Shown here: piece after piece, positions 21,934 to 33,424 of the stretch
Layout: every line of letters begins with the position of its first letter
Numbering within the stretch: the stretch's first letter is position 1
DNA from: an uncultured cyanobacterium
Lineage (GTDB): Bacteria > Cyanobacteriota > Cyanobacteriia > Cyanobacteriales > Microcystaceae
Direction: 5' to 3'
DNA: 64,000 nucleotides
Assembly (NCBI GenBank): GCA_963807635.1
Contig: CAWEDJ010000073.1
Coordinates: 64,001 to 128,000 of the forward strand
Notes under the pieces: model-generated
What the model was told of the DNA's origin: nothing
Databases searched by the model: none
What the model saw: the letters and a program-made list of their open reading frames with translations, nothing else
Program-made: the position numbers and the translations under genes

Positions 21934-22377
21934 TTACACAATATATCTTTTGATTTTATAGTAGCAATCTAATAGCTCTGCTTGTGTATGGGAATCATAT
22001 GTTTCAAGATTAGCAATAGTTTCTGATTCAACATGAAAATTTTTATGCCAGTTAGAATTAGTAGTTACAATGACTTTTTGTTGAACATTATTAAATTGAT
22101 CTGCGGTAATATCAACAATAACTTGGTTCTGTTTAAGCCATGCGTGAGTATAATAATTTTGATTATCTTTATAGATTTTGCCCAAAATATAGTTAAAAAC
22201 TCCCAGATTTGACTCTTTGAGATATTTTGCTAAAATCAAACAAGTATCACCGCATGATCCTTTAGGAAAAGAACGAAAAGTATCTGGCAATATTTTTTTA
22301 TCGCACTGCTCAATCGCTAGACGAAATTTGCCAGCACATAACCTTATTTCATTAATCTTTGAATTATTAATAACCAT
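21934..22377 (-). CDS. Hypothetical protein with a putative Cys-His-Asp triad
   Basis: FPKGSCGD, THAWL, VDITADQF motifs; start 1 nt after the kinase stop. Confidence 0.7.
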   Translation of the reverse strand: MVINNSKINEIRLCAGKFRLAIEQCDKKILPDTFRSFPKGSCGDTCLILAKYLKESNLGVFNYILGKIYKDNQNYYTHAWLKQNQVIVDITADQFNNVQQKVIVTTNSNWHKNFHVESETIANLETYDSHTQAELLDCYYKIKRYIV

Positions 22378-22378
22378 A

Positions 22379-24061
22379 TTATTTTAAAGAAAAAGCAAGC
22401 CGAAAACCGAGAAAGGCATCGTGCCATTTCCCAGCGAAGGGCCCGAACCGATTTGCCGAGCGACAACCCTTCGGATTACCAATCCAAGAACCACCGCGCA
22501 GTAGTCTAAGAACACTTTGAGAAGGATTCTCATTCCAACTACTCCCATCCTGTGGAGCATTTTGATAATTCTCATGCCAACCGTCTTCACACCATTCCCA
22601 CACATTTCCACTCATATCGTACAACCCCCAGTTGCTTGGCTTTTTCTCGCCTACTGGATGAGTTTTTGAGCCTGAATTATCCCAATCCCAAGCATATTCT
22701 CCTAACTGCTTTTCATCATCTCCGAAGTAATAACGGGTTTGGGTTCCTGCTCTACAGGAATATTCCCATTCGGCTTCACTCGGTAATCTGAATTTTTTGC
22801 CTGTTTGTTGATTTAACTTTTTACAAAACTCCTGAGCATCATCCCAACTGACATTTTCAACAGGGTTTTTAGGATTATCTTTAAATCTTGATGGATTATT
22901 TCCCATGATTGCTTGATATTGTTCTTGGGTAACGGGATATTTTCCAATTGCAAATTGCTTAAGCGTTACTTGATGTTTGGGTTTTTCACTGTCATTTTCA
23001 TCCGACCCCATCGTAAAAGTACCTGCGGGTAAAATAACCATTTCTAATTGGATACCATTGGTAAGAGTTTCAATCAGAGTTTGAGGATAGGAAGATAGGG
23101 AAGCTGAGGGACGAGGAGAAGCAGGAATAGTAATAATTGGAAGTGGAACTTGAATTTGAGTGACTGTTTGAGGATTTACTGTTTTTAAGCCTAAATCACC
23201 TAAAACATCTTTCACTTCCTGATACCGTCTTTTAGTCCCAAAAATAACCAATTTATCTAGAATATTACCCAGATCATTATTTATAGAATTATTAACCAAA
23301 TAATCTCGCCAAATCCATTCATGTTCCCCCACATCAAACAAATCAAACGGCGAAATTCCTGTCAACAAATAAAGACAAGTCACCCCCAAACTATACAAAT
23401 CGCTGGCATTAACCGCTTTTCCATTCATCTGTTCAGGAGCCACATACTCCGCCGAACCAATCATTGTTCCCGTGACTGAGCGATTAACAGGCGTTACTGC
23501 TTTTGCCGCCCCAAAATCCACTAAAACCAGCTTATTATCCTGCGCTCTGCGAATAATATTTTCGGGCTTAATATCTCGATGAATCACTTGACGCTGATGG
23601 ATAAAATCGAGAACGGGCAATAGATCGAGTAATAAGGCGCGAATTTTATCCTGATTAAAATTTCCCTGACTTTTTAACTCCTGCTCTAAATTTTGACCCG
23701 CGATATATTCCTGTACCAAATATTGACGCTTATCTTCATGGATAAAATAGGCCAATAATTCAGGAATTTGGGGATGCTTGCCCAACTCATCCAAACGCTT
23801 GGCTTCTTCGGCAAAGAGTTCTGCCGCTTTTTGGAAACCGTCGGTTCCCTGACCTTGGGGAAAAAATTGCTTGATCACACACTGGGGTTTAGAGGGCTTA
23901 TCGTGGTCGATCGCCAAGAAAGTTTTCCCAAAACCACCTTGACCAATGAGTTTTAGGGCTTGGTAACGGTCTTTTAACCAGAGCTTTTGACCGCATTGCT
24001 GACAAAAACGATGAGTTTCGAGATTGACCGCCAAACAATCAGGATTAAGACATTGATTCAT
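22379..24061 (-). CDS. Ser/Thr protein kinase fused to a C-terminal FGE-sulfatase (SUMF1/CLec-fold) domain, with N-terminal 4-Cys prefix
   Basis: CLNPDC..CQQCG; GQGGFGKT, HRDIKPEN, DFG, APE; F.MGS, RLPSEAEWEY.CRAG, GLYDMSGNVWEW, RGGSW, GFRL. Confidence 0.93.
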   Translation of the reverse strand: MNQCLNPDCLAVNLETHRFCQQCGQKLWLKDRYQALKLIGQGGFGKTFLAIDHDKPSKPQCVIKQFFPQGQGTDGFQKAAELFAEEAKRLDELGKHPQIPELLAYFIHEDKRQYLVQEYIAGQNLEQELKSQGNFNQDKIRALLLDLLPVLDFIHQRQVIHRDIKPENIIRRAQDNKLVLVDFGAAKAVTPVNRSVTGTMIGSAEYVAPEQMNGKAVNASDLYSLGVTCLYLLTGISPFDLFDVGEHEWIWRDYLVNNSINNDLGNILDKLVIFGTKRRYQEVKDVLGDLGLKTVNPQTVTQIQVPLPIITIPASPRPSASLSSYPQTLIETLTNGIQLEMVILPAGTFTMGSDENDSEKPKHQVTLKQFAIGKYPVTQEQYQAIMGNNPSRFKDNPKNPVENVSWDDAQEFCKKLNQQTGKKFRLPSEAEWEYSCRAGTQTRYYFGDDEKQLGEYAWDWDNSGSKTHPVGEKKPSNWGLYDMSGNVWEWCEDGWHENYQNAPQDGSSWNENPSQSVLRLLRGGSWIGNPKGCRSANRFGPFAGKWHDAFLGFRLAFSLK

Positions 24062-24236
24062 AGAACTATGGATATTAATAAGCTGATTATAGTCAACTTG
24101 TTAATCATTACGCAATTTATCTATCAGCCAACTGAAGCACTTTTTGAATAAAAAAACTGGTCTATTTTTAAAAACATCGTCAAGATAGTCTATAGATAAA
24201 AAGATTGCCGATTCAATCATCTATTTTTAAGTTTCT

Positions 24237-25596
24237 ATGGCCACCTTGCTAATTAAAAATATCCACACCTTAGTCACGATGGATGAGACACGACGGGAAA
24301 TCCGTGATGCGTCTTTATTTATCAGGGATAACATCATTGAGCAGGTGGGAACCACCCTGAGAATTGCCCCAGACCGCCGACGAAGTGCTGGATTTACAAG
24401 GTCGTCATATTGTCCTTCCAGGTCTTATTAATCCCCATCATCACTTTTATCAAACCCTCACCCGTGTCGTCCCTGCCGCCCAAAATTGTGATCTATTTCA
24501 TTGGCTCCAAACTCTCTATCCAATTTGGCAAAATCTCACCCCAAAATCGGTTTATATCAGTTCCCAAATGGCCGCCGCCGAGTTGATGTTATCGGGCTGT
24601 ACGACGGCCAGCAATCATCTCTATATTTATCCCAATGGCAGTACTTTAGATGATGAAATTGAAGCCATAGAGGTTATGGGGCTAAGGTTCCATGCCAGTC
24701 GGGGTAGCATGAGTTTAGGAGAAAGTTTGGGAGGGTTGCCGCCTGATTCGATGGTGGAAAAGGAAGCGGATATTCTCAAGGATAGTCAACGATTAATTGA
24801 GCAATATCACGATAATACTCGCCATGCCATGCTACGGATTACCCTGGCTCCCTGTTCACCTTTTTCCGTATCTCCTGATTTAATGCGAGAATCGGCGGCT
24901 CTAGCGCGATCGCATTCTGGCATCAGACTCCATACCCATTTAGCAGAAAATAAATCGGATGTTGAGTATAGTCTGGCAAATTTTGGCATGACTCCAGAGG
25001 ATTATGCCGAATCCGTTGGTTGGTTAGGCAATGATGTCTGGCACGCCCATTGTGTTCAATTAGATGATCGGGCCATTCAACGGTTTGGAGAAACGGGAAC
25101 GGGAGTTGCCCATTGTCCTTGTAGTAATATGCGTTTGGCGAGCGGCATGGCTCCCATTCGGAAAATGCTTAATCATCACGTTCCTGTGGGTTTAGGAGTA
25201 GATGGTTCGGCTTCCAATGACGGTTCCAATTTATTAAATGAAGCTAGAATGGCTTTTTTAATGGCACGGGTTCGGGAACTGGATGCGGCGGCTATGACAG
25301 CACGGGAGGCGCTGGAACTGGCAACTTTGGGAGGGGCAAAGGTTTTGGGAAGGGATGATATTGGTTCTCTTTCTCCTGGAATGGCTGCGGATTTTATTGC
25401 CATTAATCTGGATCGCCCAGAACTAGCAGGGGCGCACCACGATGCGATCGCGGCTATTATTTTTTGCCAAATTAAGTTCGTGGATTATAGTTTTATTAAT
25501 GGTCGAAAAGTGGTAGATCAAGGCAGATTAACGCCGATTGAATTAGAAATCTTGGTAGAAAAACATAACCGTTTAGCCTATCAATTGCTGGCCTAA
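24237..25596 (+). CDS. 8-oxoguanine deaminase-like amidohydrolase (apparent frameshift near 24360)
   Basis: PGLIN.HHHFYQTLTR, APCSPFSV, HTHLAE, HCPCSNMRLASG, GLGVDGSASND. Confidence 0.88.
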
Positions 25597-25712
25597 TCGA
25601 GAAAACCCTATTGAAAGGCGATCGCGGATTCTTTCCAAAATTAAGCAAATGATATAATATCATTGAGGAAAAATAACCCATAAAGTCGCTGAAAAAGCAA
25701 AAAAAATTAATT

Positions 25713-26101
25713 ATGAGCCTATTAGGAAATATTATTTGGTTAATCTTTGGCGGTTTCTTAGCAGGAATCGGCTATATTTTTGGCGGATCCTGGCGTGCCT
25801 CACGATTATTGGTATTCCCTTTGGTCAACAAGCCATTAAATTAGGCGTTGCCACCATGACCCCCTTTGGCCGTGAAATTGTCCCGACTCCCGAAGCGGGC
25901 AGTACCCTCAACATGATCCTCAATATTGTCTGGATTTTAGTGATTGGTTGGGGAATTGCTGTCACTCATTTAACCTCTGCCGCGATTCTTGCCGTGACCA
26001 TTATTGGTATTCCCTTTGCCCTACAACACATCAAACTGATTCCTTTAGCTTTATTTCCCTTTGGTCGAGACTGCGTTAAAGTTCTTTGTAACTGCCTGTA
26101 A
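25713..26101 (+). CDS. YccF domain membrane protein (apparent frameshift near 25785)
   Basis: MSLLGNIIWLIFGG from ATG 25713, two TIIGIPF repeats, PFGR. Confidence 0.85.
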
Positions 26102-26189
26102 TTGTTCTCAAATTTTTGAATCCGAACCTCTTTTTGAATCCTATCAACTTTTAATAAATCCTGATCCATTATCAATTGAATGATTAATA

Positions 26190-27491
26190 ATGAAAAATAA
26201 AATAGAGGTAATCGGTATCGGTTTAGACGGGATTACTGGACTAATCGAAGAGACTCGTATTTTAATAGAAAAAGCAACGGTTTTAGTCGGTAGCGATCGC
26301 CACTTGCAATTTTTTGTTAATCATTCCGCAGAAAAGTTGGTTTTAGGAGATTTTTTAGTCATCTTTGAAACCATGAGAAGACGACTAAAACAGGAGGAAA
26401 ATATTGTTGTTTTAGTCAGTGGTGATCCGCTCTTTTTTGGATTAGGTAGGCTTTTAGTCGAAAATTTTCCTGCCGAACAATTAAATTTTCATCCCCATCT
26501 CAGTTCGGTACAATTAGCTTTTAATCGCTTACAATTACCCTGGCATGATGCAAAGATTGTCAGTATTCATGGGCGTTCTTTAAATCTACTGATTCCCTTA
26601 TTGCAAAAAGGTGTAAAAAAATTGCCATTCTGACCGATCAGGAAAATAATCGCCGCGATCGCCCAATTTTATCAACAATTAGATTTGCCCGCCTCCTATC
26701 AATTTTGGATTTGTGAAAGATTGGGTGCGATCGATGAAAAAGTTTATTCTGCTTCTCCTCAAGAAATTAGCTTATTAACTGATCAAGATTTTTCACCCTT
26801 AAATATTGTTATTTTAGTTCGTAAAAATGTATTAGATTTAGTTGAACTTGATTCGGAAAAATTACCCCTATTTGGATTACCCGATTCTAGTTTTTATAGT
26901 TTTGAAGATCGTCCTGGATTGATGACAAAACGGGAAGTCCGCATGATGGTTTTAGGGGAACTGGCTTTACAACCCAAGCAAATTATTTGGGATATTGGAT
27001 CAGGAACAGGTTCAGTCTCGATTGAAATTGCTCGTTTATGCCCTAATTCTAAAATTTATGCAATCGAAAAAACTGCAATGGGAATTGTCTTAATTGAACG
27101 CAATGCCCAACGCTTTCGAGTCGATAATGTTTATGCTATCCAAGGAAAAGCTCCCGAAATTTTAGCCGATTTACCCACGCCTGATCGCATTTTTATTGGT
27201 GGAAGTGGCGGAAAGTTAACCCAGGTTTTAAATTTTTGTCAAGCGAAGATCGGTAAACAAGGAAAAATCGTTTTAGCCCTAGCAACCCTAGAACATATTG
27301 CTCTCTGTTTAAATTGGTTTAAGGAGCATCAATGGAATTATTCTTTTCAAGAAATTCATATTTCGCGATCGCTGCCAATCGCTGAATTAACCCGTCTCCA
27401 TCCTCTCAATCCTGTGATGTTAATTGAAGCAACACCCTTTTTCGGAGTGATTAATTCCGATCTTAATGAAGATGGCATGAATCACGAATAA
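26190..27491 (+). CDS. cobL: Precorrin-6Y C5,15-methyltransferase CbiE/CbiT fusion (apparent frameshifts near 26620-26650)
   Basis: VIGIG, SGDPLFFGLG, SIHGR; MTKREVR, WDIGSGTGSVSIE, FIGGSGG. Confidence 0.92.
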
Positions 27492-27529
27492 CAACTTACA
27501 CCACTTTGTGGTTAAATTTCGTACAGGGT

Positions 27530-27555
27530 AAGGACATAATATATTATGTCCCTAC
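27530..27555 (-). repeat. Solo copy of the RAYT-associated REP
   Basis: AAGGACATAATATATTATGTCCCTAC, same family as 20920-21871. Confidence 0.8.
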
Positions 27556-27686
27556 AAAGATTTTTCCCTCATTAAAAGGCAATTTGCTGGATTAACAACT
27601 TATTTCCTAAAATTTCCATATCCTCGGCTTTGTTTGTCTCTATAATTAAGTCATTCGGAATACTCCTGCCCTCGCTCAATTCTTCT

Positions 27687-28166
27687 ATGCCAACATTAGA
27701 TTATTCCCAGACCTACTCCTGTCCACTTTGTTTGCGGGGAGAAATTCGCGCTTTTCCACTCATGGATGCCTTTGGGTGCGATTTTTGTCGTCACATTTTT
27801 AGTGCCAATCTGGAGGAACAAGTACTGGATTTGGCAGACGGACAAGTGCCTCGACGTTGGTATAGAAAGGGGAATCAGTGGATTACAAAGGATCAAGAAA
27901 CCTTTTGGGGTTACGGCTTATTTGGTTTGATTTTAATTATTTTGCCGACAGCGATCGTTGCGTTGGGAGCCTATTGCTTTCCACCTTTGCCGAATAGTCC
28001 TTTGTCCTGGTTACCTAAGCTTTGGGTGGTGTTGACCCTAATTTTTCATCTTATTTTTTTAAGCTGGTTAGCTTCTCTTTATTTTCAATTTCCTTTCGCA
28101 AGTTATTTCCGATTATTCCAGGAGCGTTTTCATCTAGTCAATTTTAGGGAAGATAACAATCGTTGA
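27687..28166 (+). CDS. Hypothetical membrane protein with Zn-ribbon-like CxxC pairs
   Basis: CPLC...G.I....LMDAFGCDFCRHIF plus two hydrophobic segments. Confidence 0.7.
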   Translation: MPTLDYSQTYSCPLCLRGEIRAFPLMDAFGCDFCRHIFSANLEEQVLDLADGQVPRRWYRKGNQWITKDQETFWGYGLFGLILIILPTAIVALGAYCFPPLPNSPLSWLPKLWVVLTLIFHLIFLSWLASLYFQFPFASYFRLFQERFHLVNFREDNNR

Positions 28167-28240
28167 TAAGTTGTGACAAATCTAAATTGCATTATCAAAA
28201 TCCCTAATGCTATGTAACAAGGGGCTTAAGCCCCTTGCCT
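28167..28240. repeat. Partial copy of the MITE-like element at 374-475
   Basis: TAAGTTGTGACAAATCTAAATTGCAT start and identical GTAACAAGGGGCTTAAGCCCCTTGCCT (palindrome 28218-28237); lies between convergent genes. Confidence 0.7.
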
Positions 28241-28259
28241 ATAAAGTCCCCAAAAAGAT

Positions 28260-29858
28260 TTATTTTTTGCCCACTTTTAAACTACTCGGTACGGCGAGAT
28301 TTCCTTCCAAAACAATTCCCCGATTATTGGCCGCAAGATGGCGCACAATCTTATAAACTGCCTCTATTTGATCCTCTGCTCCTGCTTGGGCCGCTAGAGT
28401 GGCTAAATCTAAGGACTGCGAGGTATTTTTCAGGCTATTGAGAACAGACTCTTGTAAAGCCAACAGGGAGGCGGCGGCTTTTTTACCCGCTTCTACTCCA
28501 GGTTGATGATAGGCATTAATATTCACTAAAGAAGCATAGAGACTGACTGCACGTTCGTAGAGAGCGATTAAAGCCCCAACTGTGCGAGGATTCACCTGTT
28601 TAATAGTAATTGTGACGGAATCTCGTTTATTTTCATATAGTGCTTGGCGAGTTCCCTGTAAAAAGCCCGAAAGATAATCCCCAGAAGTTACGCCTGGCTC
28701 GAATTCAGCCGAGGAACCTGTGCGATCTTCGAGAACTTCAATAAAAGTCGCAAAGAAATTCGCAACGCCTTCCCGTAGTTGTTGGACATAGGCGTGTTGG
28801 TCGGTGGAGCCTTTGTTGCCATAGACTGCGATGCCTTGATGCACAACCCGACCGTCTAAATCGGTTTCTTTGCCCAGGGATTCCATGATTAATTGTTGGA
28901 GATAACGGCTAAAGAGGAGCAGGCTGTCTTTGTAGGGGAGAACCACCATATCTTTTTCTCCTTGGCCATTAGTGCCGTAATACCAAGCGAGAGCCAGTAA
29001 GGCGGCGGGATTGCCTTTAAGAGAAGTAATGCGGGTGGCTTCGTCCATTTCCTTGGCCCCTGCTAACATTGCCTGAATATCAATTCCCTGAAGAGCGGCG
29101 GGCAACAGTCCAACAGCAGACATTTCAGAGGTTCTTCCTCCCACCCAATCTTGCATGGGGAAGGTCGTGAGCCAGTTTTCTGCCTGGGCGACTTCCGATA
29201 ATTTACTGCCTGGCATGGTGACCGCGATCGCGTATTTAGCAAAATCTAAACCCTGGGCTTCGTAGGCAAGCTTGGTTTCGAGCATTCCATTGCGGGGTTC
29301 GGGAGTGCCGCCCGATTTACTGGTAACAATCACCAGGGTACTTTTGAGCTTATCTTTGAGACGGTTGAGGACGCGATCGATTCCCGCAGGATCAACGTTA
29401 TCGATAAAGTGAATATCTAAAGTAGGAAAATCAGGAGCTAGGGCTTCAGCCACAAATTCTGGGCAAAGGGCCGAGCCACCAATGCCAATGGAAATAATAT
29501 CGGTAAATTTTACTGCGCTAGGGGGTTTAATTGTTCCAGCGTGAACTTTTTCAACAAAATCCGCAATCTGTACCAACGGTTCGGTGATTTCTTTTTTTAA
29601 CGCTTCATTCGGAGCCAAATCGGGATTCCGTAACCAGTAGTGGCCGACCATACGCTGTTCGTCGGGGTTGGCGATCGCACCTTTTTCGAGAGCGGCTACA
29701 TCCTGAAAAGCTTTATCAAATTTGGGAATCAGACTTTCAACCAGAGCATCATCAAAGCGCATCCGACTGATATCCAGATATAACTCCAGCCCAGAGTGAT
29801 AATAGAGCCAGTCTTGGTAACGTTGCCACAGTTGTTGATTGTTCATAAAAAGACTCAT
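28260..29858 (-). CDS. pgi: Glucose-6-phosphate isomerase
   Basis: [41 protein letters not shown]. Confidence 0.97.
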   Translation of the reverse strand: MSLFMNNQQLWQRYQDWLYYHSGLELYLDISRMRFDDALVESLIPKFDKAFQDVAALEKGAIANPDEQRMVGHYWLRNPDLAPNEALKKEITEPLVQIADFVEKVHAGTIKPPSAVKFTDIISIGIGGSALCPEFVAEALAPDFPTLDIHFIDNVDPAGIDRVLNRLKDKLKSTLVIVTSKSGGTPEPRNGMLETKLAYEAQGLDFAKYAIAVTMPGSKLSEVAQAENWLTTFPMQDWVGGRTSEMSAVGLLPAALQGIDIQAMLAGAKEMDEATRITSLKGNPAALLALAWYYGTNGQGEKDMVVLPYKDSLLLFSRYLQQLIMESLGKETDLDGRVVHQGIAVYGNKGSTDQHAYVQQLREGVANFFATFIEVLEDRTGSSAEFEPGVTSGDYLSGFLQGTRQALYENKRDSVTITIKQVNPRTVGALIALYERAVSLYASLVNINAYHQPGVEAGKKAAASLLALQESVLNSLKNTSQSLDLATLAAQAGAEDQIEAVYKIVRHLAANNRGIVLEGNLAVPSSLKVGKK

Positions 29859-29933
29859 AAGCTGAAAAAACCATCTGCATTATAAGAAGTATCGCAAACT
29901 TTGCCCGTATCAACCGTCGCTAAACGATTTGAT

Positions 29934-30371
29934 TTATCCTTCAAAGGCCGATTCTAAATAATCCTGAAGTATTAGCTGATAACCGTCTTTCCAAAAGGGT
30001 TGACCCATTTTTAGATTGATTAATGATGAATCTTTTTCTAAGCTAGAACGCGATCGCTGATAACTCACTAAGGCCACATCAAAGCGACAGGGAAAATGGG
30101 CCAAACGAGGATATTGAGATAAAAACAAATTCGCAGTCAGACAAATTTTACGTTGTTTGGTGAAATTTACCGCTAATTGTCCCCCTTCATCCCAATTGCC
30201 CCCACTACGGGTTTTAACCTCTACAAAGGCCAACATTTCCATCCGACTGGAACGAGCAATCAAATCAATCTCTCCCCAACGCGATCGCCATCTTTCCTGA
30301 AGAATGAGCCAACCCTGACTTTTTAACCATTGAGCAACGAACTGTTCCCCCAGATGACCAATTTCTGTCAT
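29934..30371 (-). CDS. YraN/UPF0102 family protein
   Basis: G..GE..VA.WL..QGW.IL...W...GEIDLIA...FVEVKTR, CRFDV. Confidence 0.9.
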   Translation of the reverse strand: MTEIGHLGEQFVAQWLKSQGWLILQERWRSRWGEIDLIARSSRMEMLAFVEVKTRSGGNWDEGGQLAVNFTKQRKICLTANLFLSQYPRLAHFPCRFDVALVSYQRSRSSLEKDSSLINLKMGQPFWKDGYQLILQDYLESAFEG

Positions 30372-30495
30372 AAATTCCAGACCGCCCTATACTTTGCTAA
30401 AATTTTATCACCACTAAACAGTGTCTCAAATTAAATTTTCATTCAAAGCAACAAAATCAACTATTTTCAATAAAACTTTATTCGACGGATAAAAC

Positions 30496-31010
30496 ATGAT
30501 CAAGAATACTCAAAAATCAAACAAGATTCTCCTATTTTTTCGTAGAATTATCCTCAGTTTAGTCACTATTTTTTGTGTGCTAAATAGTCTAACGAATCCT
30601 GTTTGGGCAGTCAGCTACAATAACCGCAGTTTATTGGATAATGATTTCTCTGGTCAAGATATGCGTGGTGATAGTTTTGACCATGCTAATTTACGGGGCA
30701 GTGATTTTAGTAACGCCAACCTCCAAGGAGTCCGCTTTTTTTCTGCTAATTTAGAATCGGCTAATTTTTCAGGGGCAGATCTGCGGCAGCGGATCTAGAA
30801 TCGGCTCGTTTGACCCGTGCAAATTTTACCAATGCAGTCTTGGAAGGGGCTTTTGCAACCAATAGTAAGTTTCAAGGCGCGATCGTGGAAGGGGCTGATT
30901 TTACCGATGTGATCATGCGTCCCGATACGGAAGCCTATTTATGTGAAATTGCTAGTGGAACGAATCCCGTCACAGGGAGAAATACCCGCGATACGCTCTT
31001 TTGTCGATAG
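30496..31010 (+). CDS. Pentapeptide-repeat protein with signal peptide (apparent frameshift near 30785)
   Basis: A(N/D)LxG repeats; C-terminal [19 protein letters not shown]. Confidence 0.88.
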
Positions 31011-31018
31011 CAATCAAA

Positions 31019-31657
31019 CTATTGGGGTTTAGCACCATACCATTGTTGATACCAGCCTTGCATCTCATTAATTTCTTTAGTCTGAGCTTGGATAATCGCC
31101 TGAGCAAGTTGCTTCATTTCAGGATGGACGGCATTAGAAAGAAGGTGTTGGGACATCATCACAGCCATTTGGTGATGGGGAATCATTTCTTCAATAAAGG
31201 CTTGATCAAAATTTTTCGCTTTACTTAAAGCGGCAAGATCTGTTCTCATGTTACCCATCATTCCTCGCTTCCCCCCGTGCATCATGCCTCCTCCTATATT
31301 ATTTCCATCGACTTTTGGGACATCGGTTCCGTACCATTTTTTATACCAAGCCCGCATTTGTTCAATTTCCTGACTTTGGCTGGTTTTTATATTTTTGGCA
31401 AGTTGTTTGATTTCAGGATGCTCGGCGCGGGTGAGGGCCATATTTGCCATCGCGATCGCGTCTTCATGGTGGGGAATCATCATGGTAATAAAGTGTTGAT
31501 CTCCCATCATGCCCATACCAGGAGAGCTAGGGGAGGGCTTGGGAGATATTTGCGCTTGTAAAGTCTTCATCCGTCCAGCGAGTAAGGGATAGAGAGTAAA
31601 AAATACCAGGAGAGCTAACAGCCCTACGCCCAAACCATATTTAAGTTGATTTTTCAT
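31019..31657 (-). CDS. DUF305 family (CopM-like) periplasmic metal-binding protein
   Basis: Two MIPHH..A..M / Q..EI..M..W repeats, Met/Gly-rich linker, N-terminal hydrophobic segment. Confidence 0.88.
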   Translation of the reverse strand: MKNQLKYGLGVGLLALLVFFTLYPLLAGRMKTLQAQISPKPSPSSPGMGMMGDQHFITMMIPHHEDAIAMANMALTRAEHPEIKQLAKNIKTSQSQEIEQMRAWYKKWYGTDVPKVDGNNIGGGMMHGGKRGMMGNMRTDLAALSKAKNFDQAFIEEMIPHHQMAVMMSQHLLSNAVHPEMKQLAQAIIQAQTKEINEMQGWYQQWYGAKPQ

Positions 31658-31897
31658 GATTATTTTGTAAAAGTATTTTAAATAAGGGAACAAAAGGTAG
31701 TTTGACAATATGTGGATTGTAACAAATTTACTTAAAAAAGCTTGAATTATTCTCAATTCTTATTATTCATCTTTTTTTACTTTAAATAAATTTCAGAAAG
31801 AATAAATACCCACTAATCGCATTTTGATGAATTTGACAAAACATCAGCCTGTTTTTATGGTATTTTATGAAGTTATATTAAAATTATTAAATTTTTT

Positions 31898-33250
31898 ATG
31901 GTATCTGCTCCGATTGTCGCGCTGGCTCAAGAATCTGCTCACCATGTTTTGACGATCGCTCCTCCTCCAACGGGATTATCTCTACAGGGAACCATTCATA
32001 TTCCAGGGGATAAATCCATTTCTCACCGCGCTCTGATGTTGGGGGCGATCGCGGAAGGAGAGACAGTGGTTGAGGGGTTATTGCTGGGTGAAGATCCCCG
32101 CAGTACTGCCAGTTGTTTTCAGGCAATGGGAGCCAAGATTTCAACTTTAAATAGTGAAAGAGTGATTATTCAGGGGATTGGCCTCGGTAAACTTCAGGAA
32201 CCGACGGATATTCTCAATGCGGGCAATTCGGGGACGACGATGCGCTTGATGTTGGGACTTTTGGCCTCCCATGCGGGAAAATTTTTCACCGTAACAGGAG
32301 ACCATTCCTTGCGATCGCGGCCCATGTCCCGTGTGATTAAACCCTTGCAACAAATGGGGGCGCAAATCTGGGGAAGACAGCAAAACACTCTCGCTCCCTT
32401 AGCGATTCAGGGGCAATCCCTCAAATCCATTCATTATCAGTCTCCGATCGCCTCTGCCCAGGTTAAATCCTGTATTTTACTCGCGGGATTAATGACGGAC
32501 GGAGAAACAACGGTAACGGAACCCGCCCTTTCCCGTGACCATAGTGAACGAATGTTGCAAGCCTTTGGAGCCAAATTAACCATTGAGCCAGAGACTCACA
32601 GTGTCACGATTTTCGGAAGAGCTAAATTAGAAGGACAGACCGTCATTGTCCCTGGGGATATCAGTTCCGCCGCTTTTTGGCTAGTGGCCGCCTCCATTGT
32701 GCCAGATTCAGAATTGTTGATTGAAAACGTGGGCGTTAATCCCACTCGGACTGGTGTTTTAGAAGCATTAGCACAAATGGGAGCCGATATTACCCTAGAA
32801 AATTCGCGCTTGGTGACGGGGGAACCTGTAGCCGATTTACGGGTCAAATCCAGTAAACTTAAAGCCTGCACGATCAAGGGAGATATTATTCCGCGACTGA
32901 TTGATGAGATTCCCATTCTGGCCGTGGCGGCGGCCTTTGCTGAGGGAACGACCCGTATTCAAGATGCGGCAGAACTCAGGGTCAAGGAAAGTGATCGCCT
33001 AGCGGTCATGGCCAAGGAATTGGGTAAAATGGGAGCAAAGATCACCGAATTTGCCGATGGACTCGAAATTCAAGGCGGATTTTCCTTAACAGGAGCCGAA
33101 GTGGATAGTGATACCGATCATCGCATTGCCATGAGTCTGGCGATCGCAGCCCTCCAAGCCAAAGGAGAAACCGCGATCCATCGAGCAGAAGCAGCGGCCA
33201 TTTCCTATCCGACTTTTGTTGAAACCCTCAAAAAGATTTGCCAATCTTGA
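31898..33250 (+). CDS. aroA: 3-phosphoshikimate 1-carboxyvinyltransferase
   Basis: [37 protein letters not shown]. Confidence 0.97.
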   Translation: MVSAPIVALAQESAHHVLTIAPPPTGLSLQGTIHIPGDKSISHRALMLGAIAEGETVVEGLLLGEDPRSTASCFQAMGAKISTLNSERVIIQGIGLGKLQEPTDILNAGNSGTTMRLMLGLLASHAGKFFTVTGDHSLRSRPMSRVIKPLQQMGAQIWGRQQNTLAPLAIQGQSLKSIHYQSPIASAQVKSCILLAGLMTDGETTVTEPALSRDHSERMLQAFGAKLTIEPETHSVTIFGRAKLEGQTVIVPGDISSAAFWLVAASIVPDSELLIENVGVNPTRTGVLEALAQMGADITLENSRLVTGEPVADLRVKSSKLKACTIKGDIIPRLIDEIPILAVAAAFAEGTTRIQDAAELRVKESDRLAVMAKELGKMGAKITEFADGLEIQGGFSLTGAEVDSDTDHRIAMSLAIAALQAKGETAIHRAEAAAISYPTFVETLKKICQS

Positions 33251-33424
33251 CGAATCTCCCTAAAGTTGTCACAATCTGTAGTCAACAGAATAAAATCCGT
33301 TTGTATTTGCAAATTTTTTAGCTTTTCCCCAAGTCATTGTCCATCTAATAATAGAAACAAGTAATGGAAACGAAACTTTTTATTGGATGTATTTTTAATT
33401 GAAACATTCATCGGTGGAGATTAG

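Noticed and set aside
21731..21961. 76-aa ORF next to the RAYT gene
   Set aside because: It reads through the REP pair; likely non-coding.
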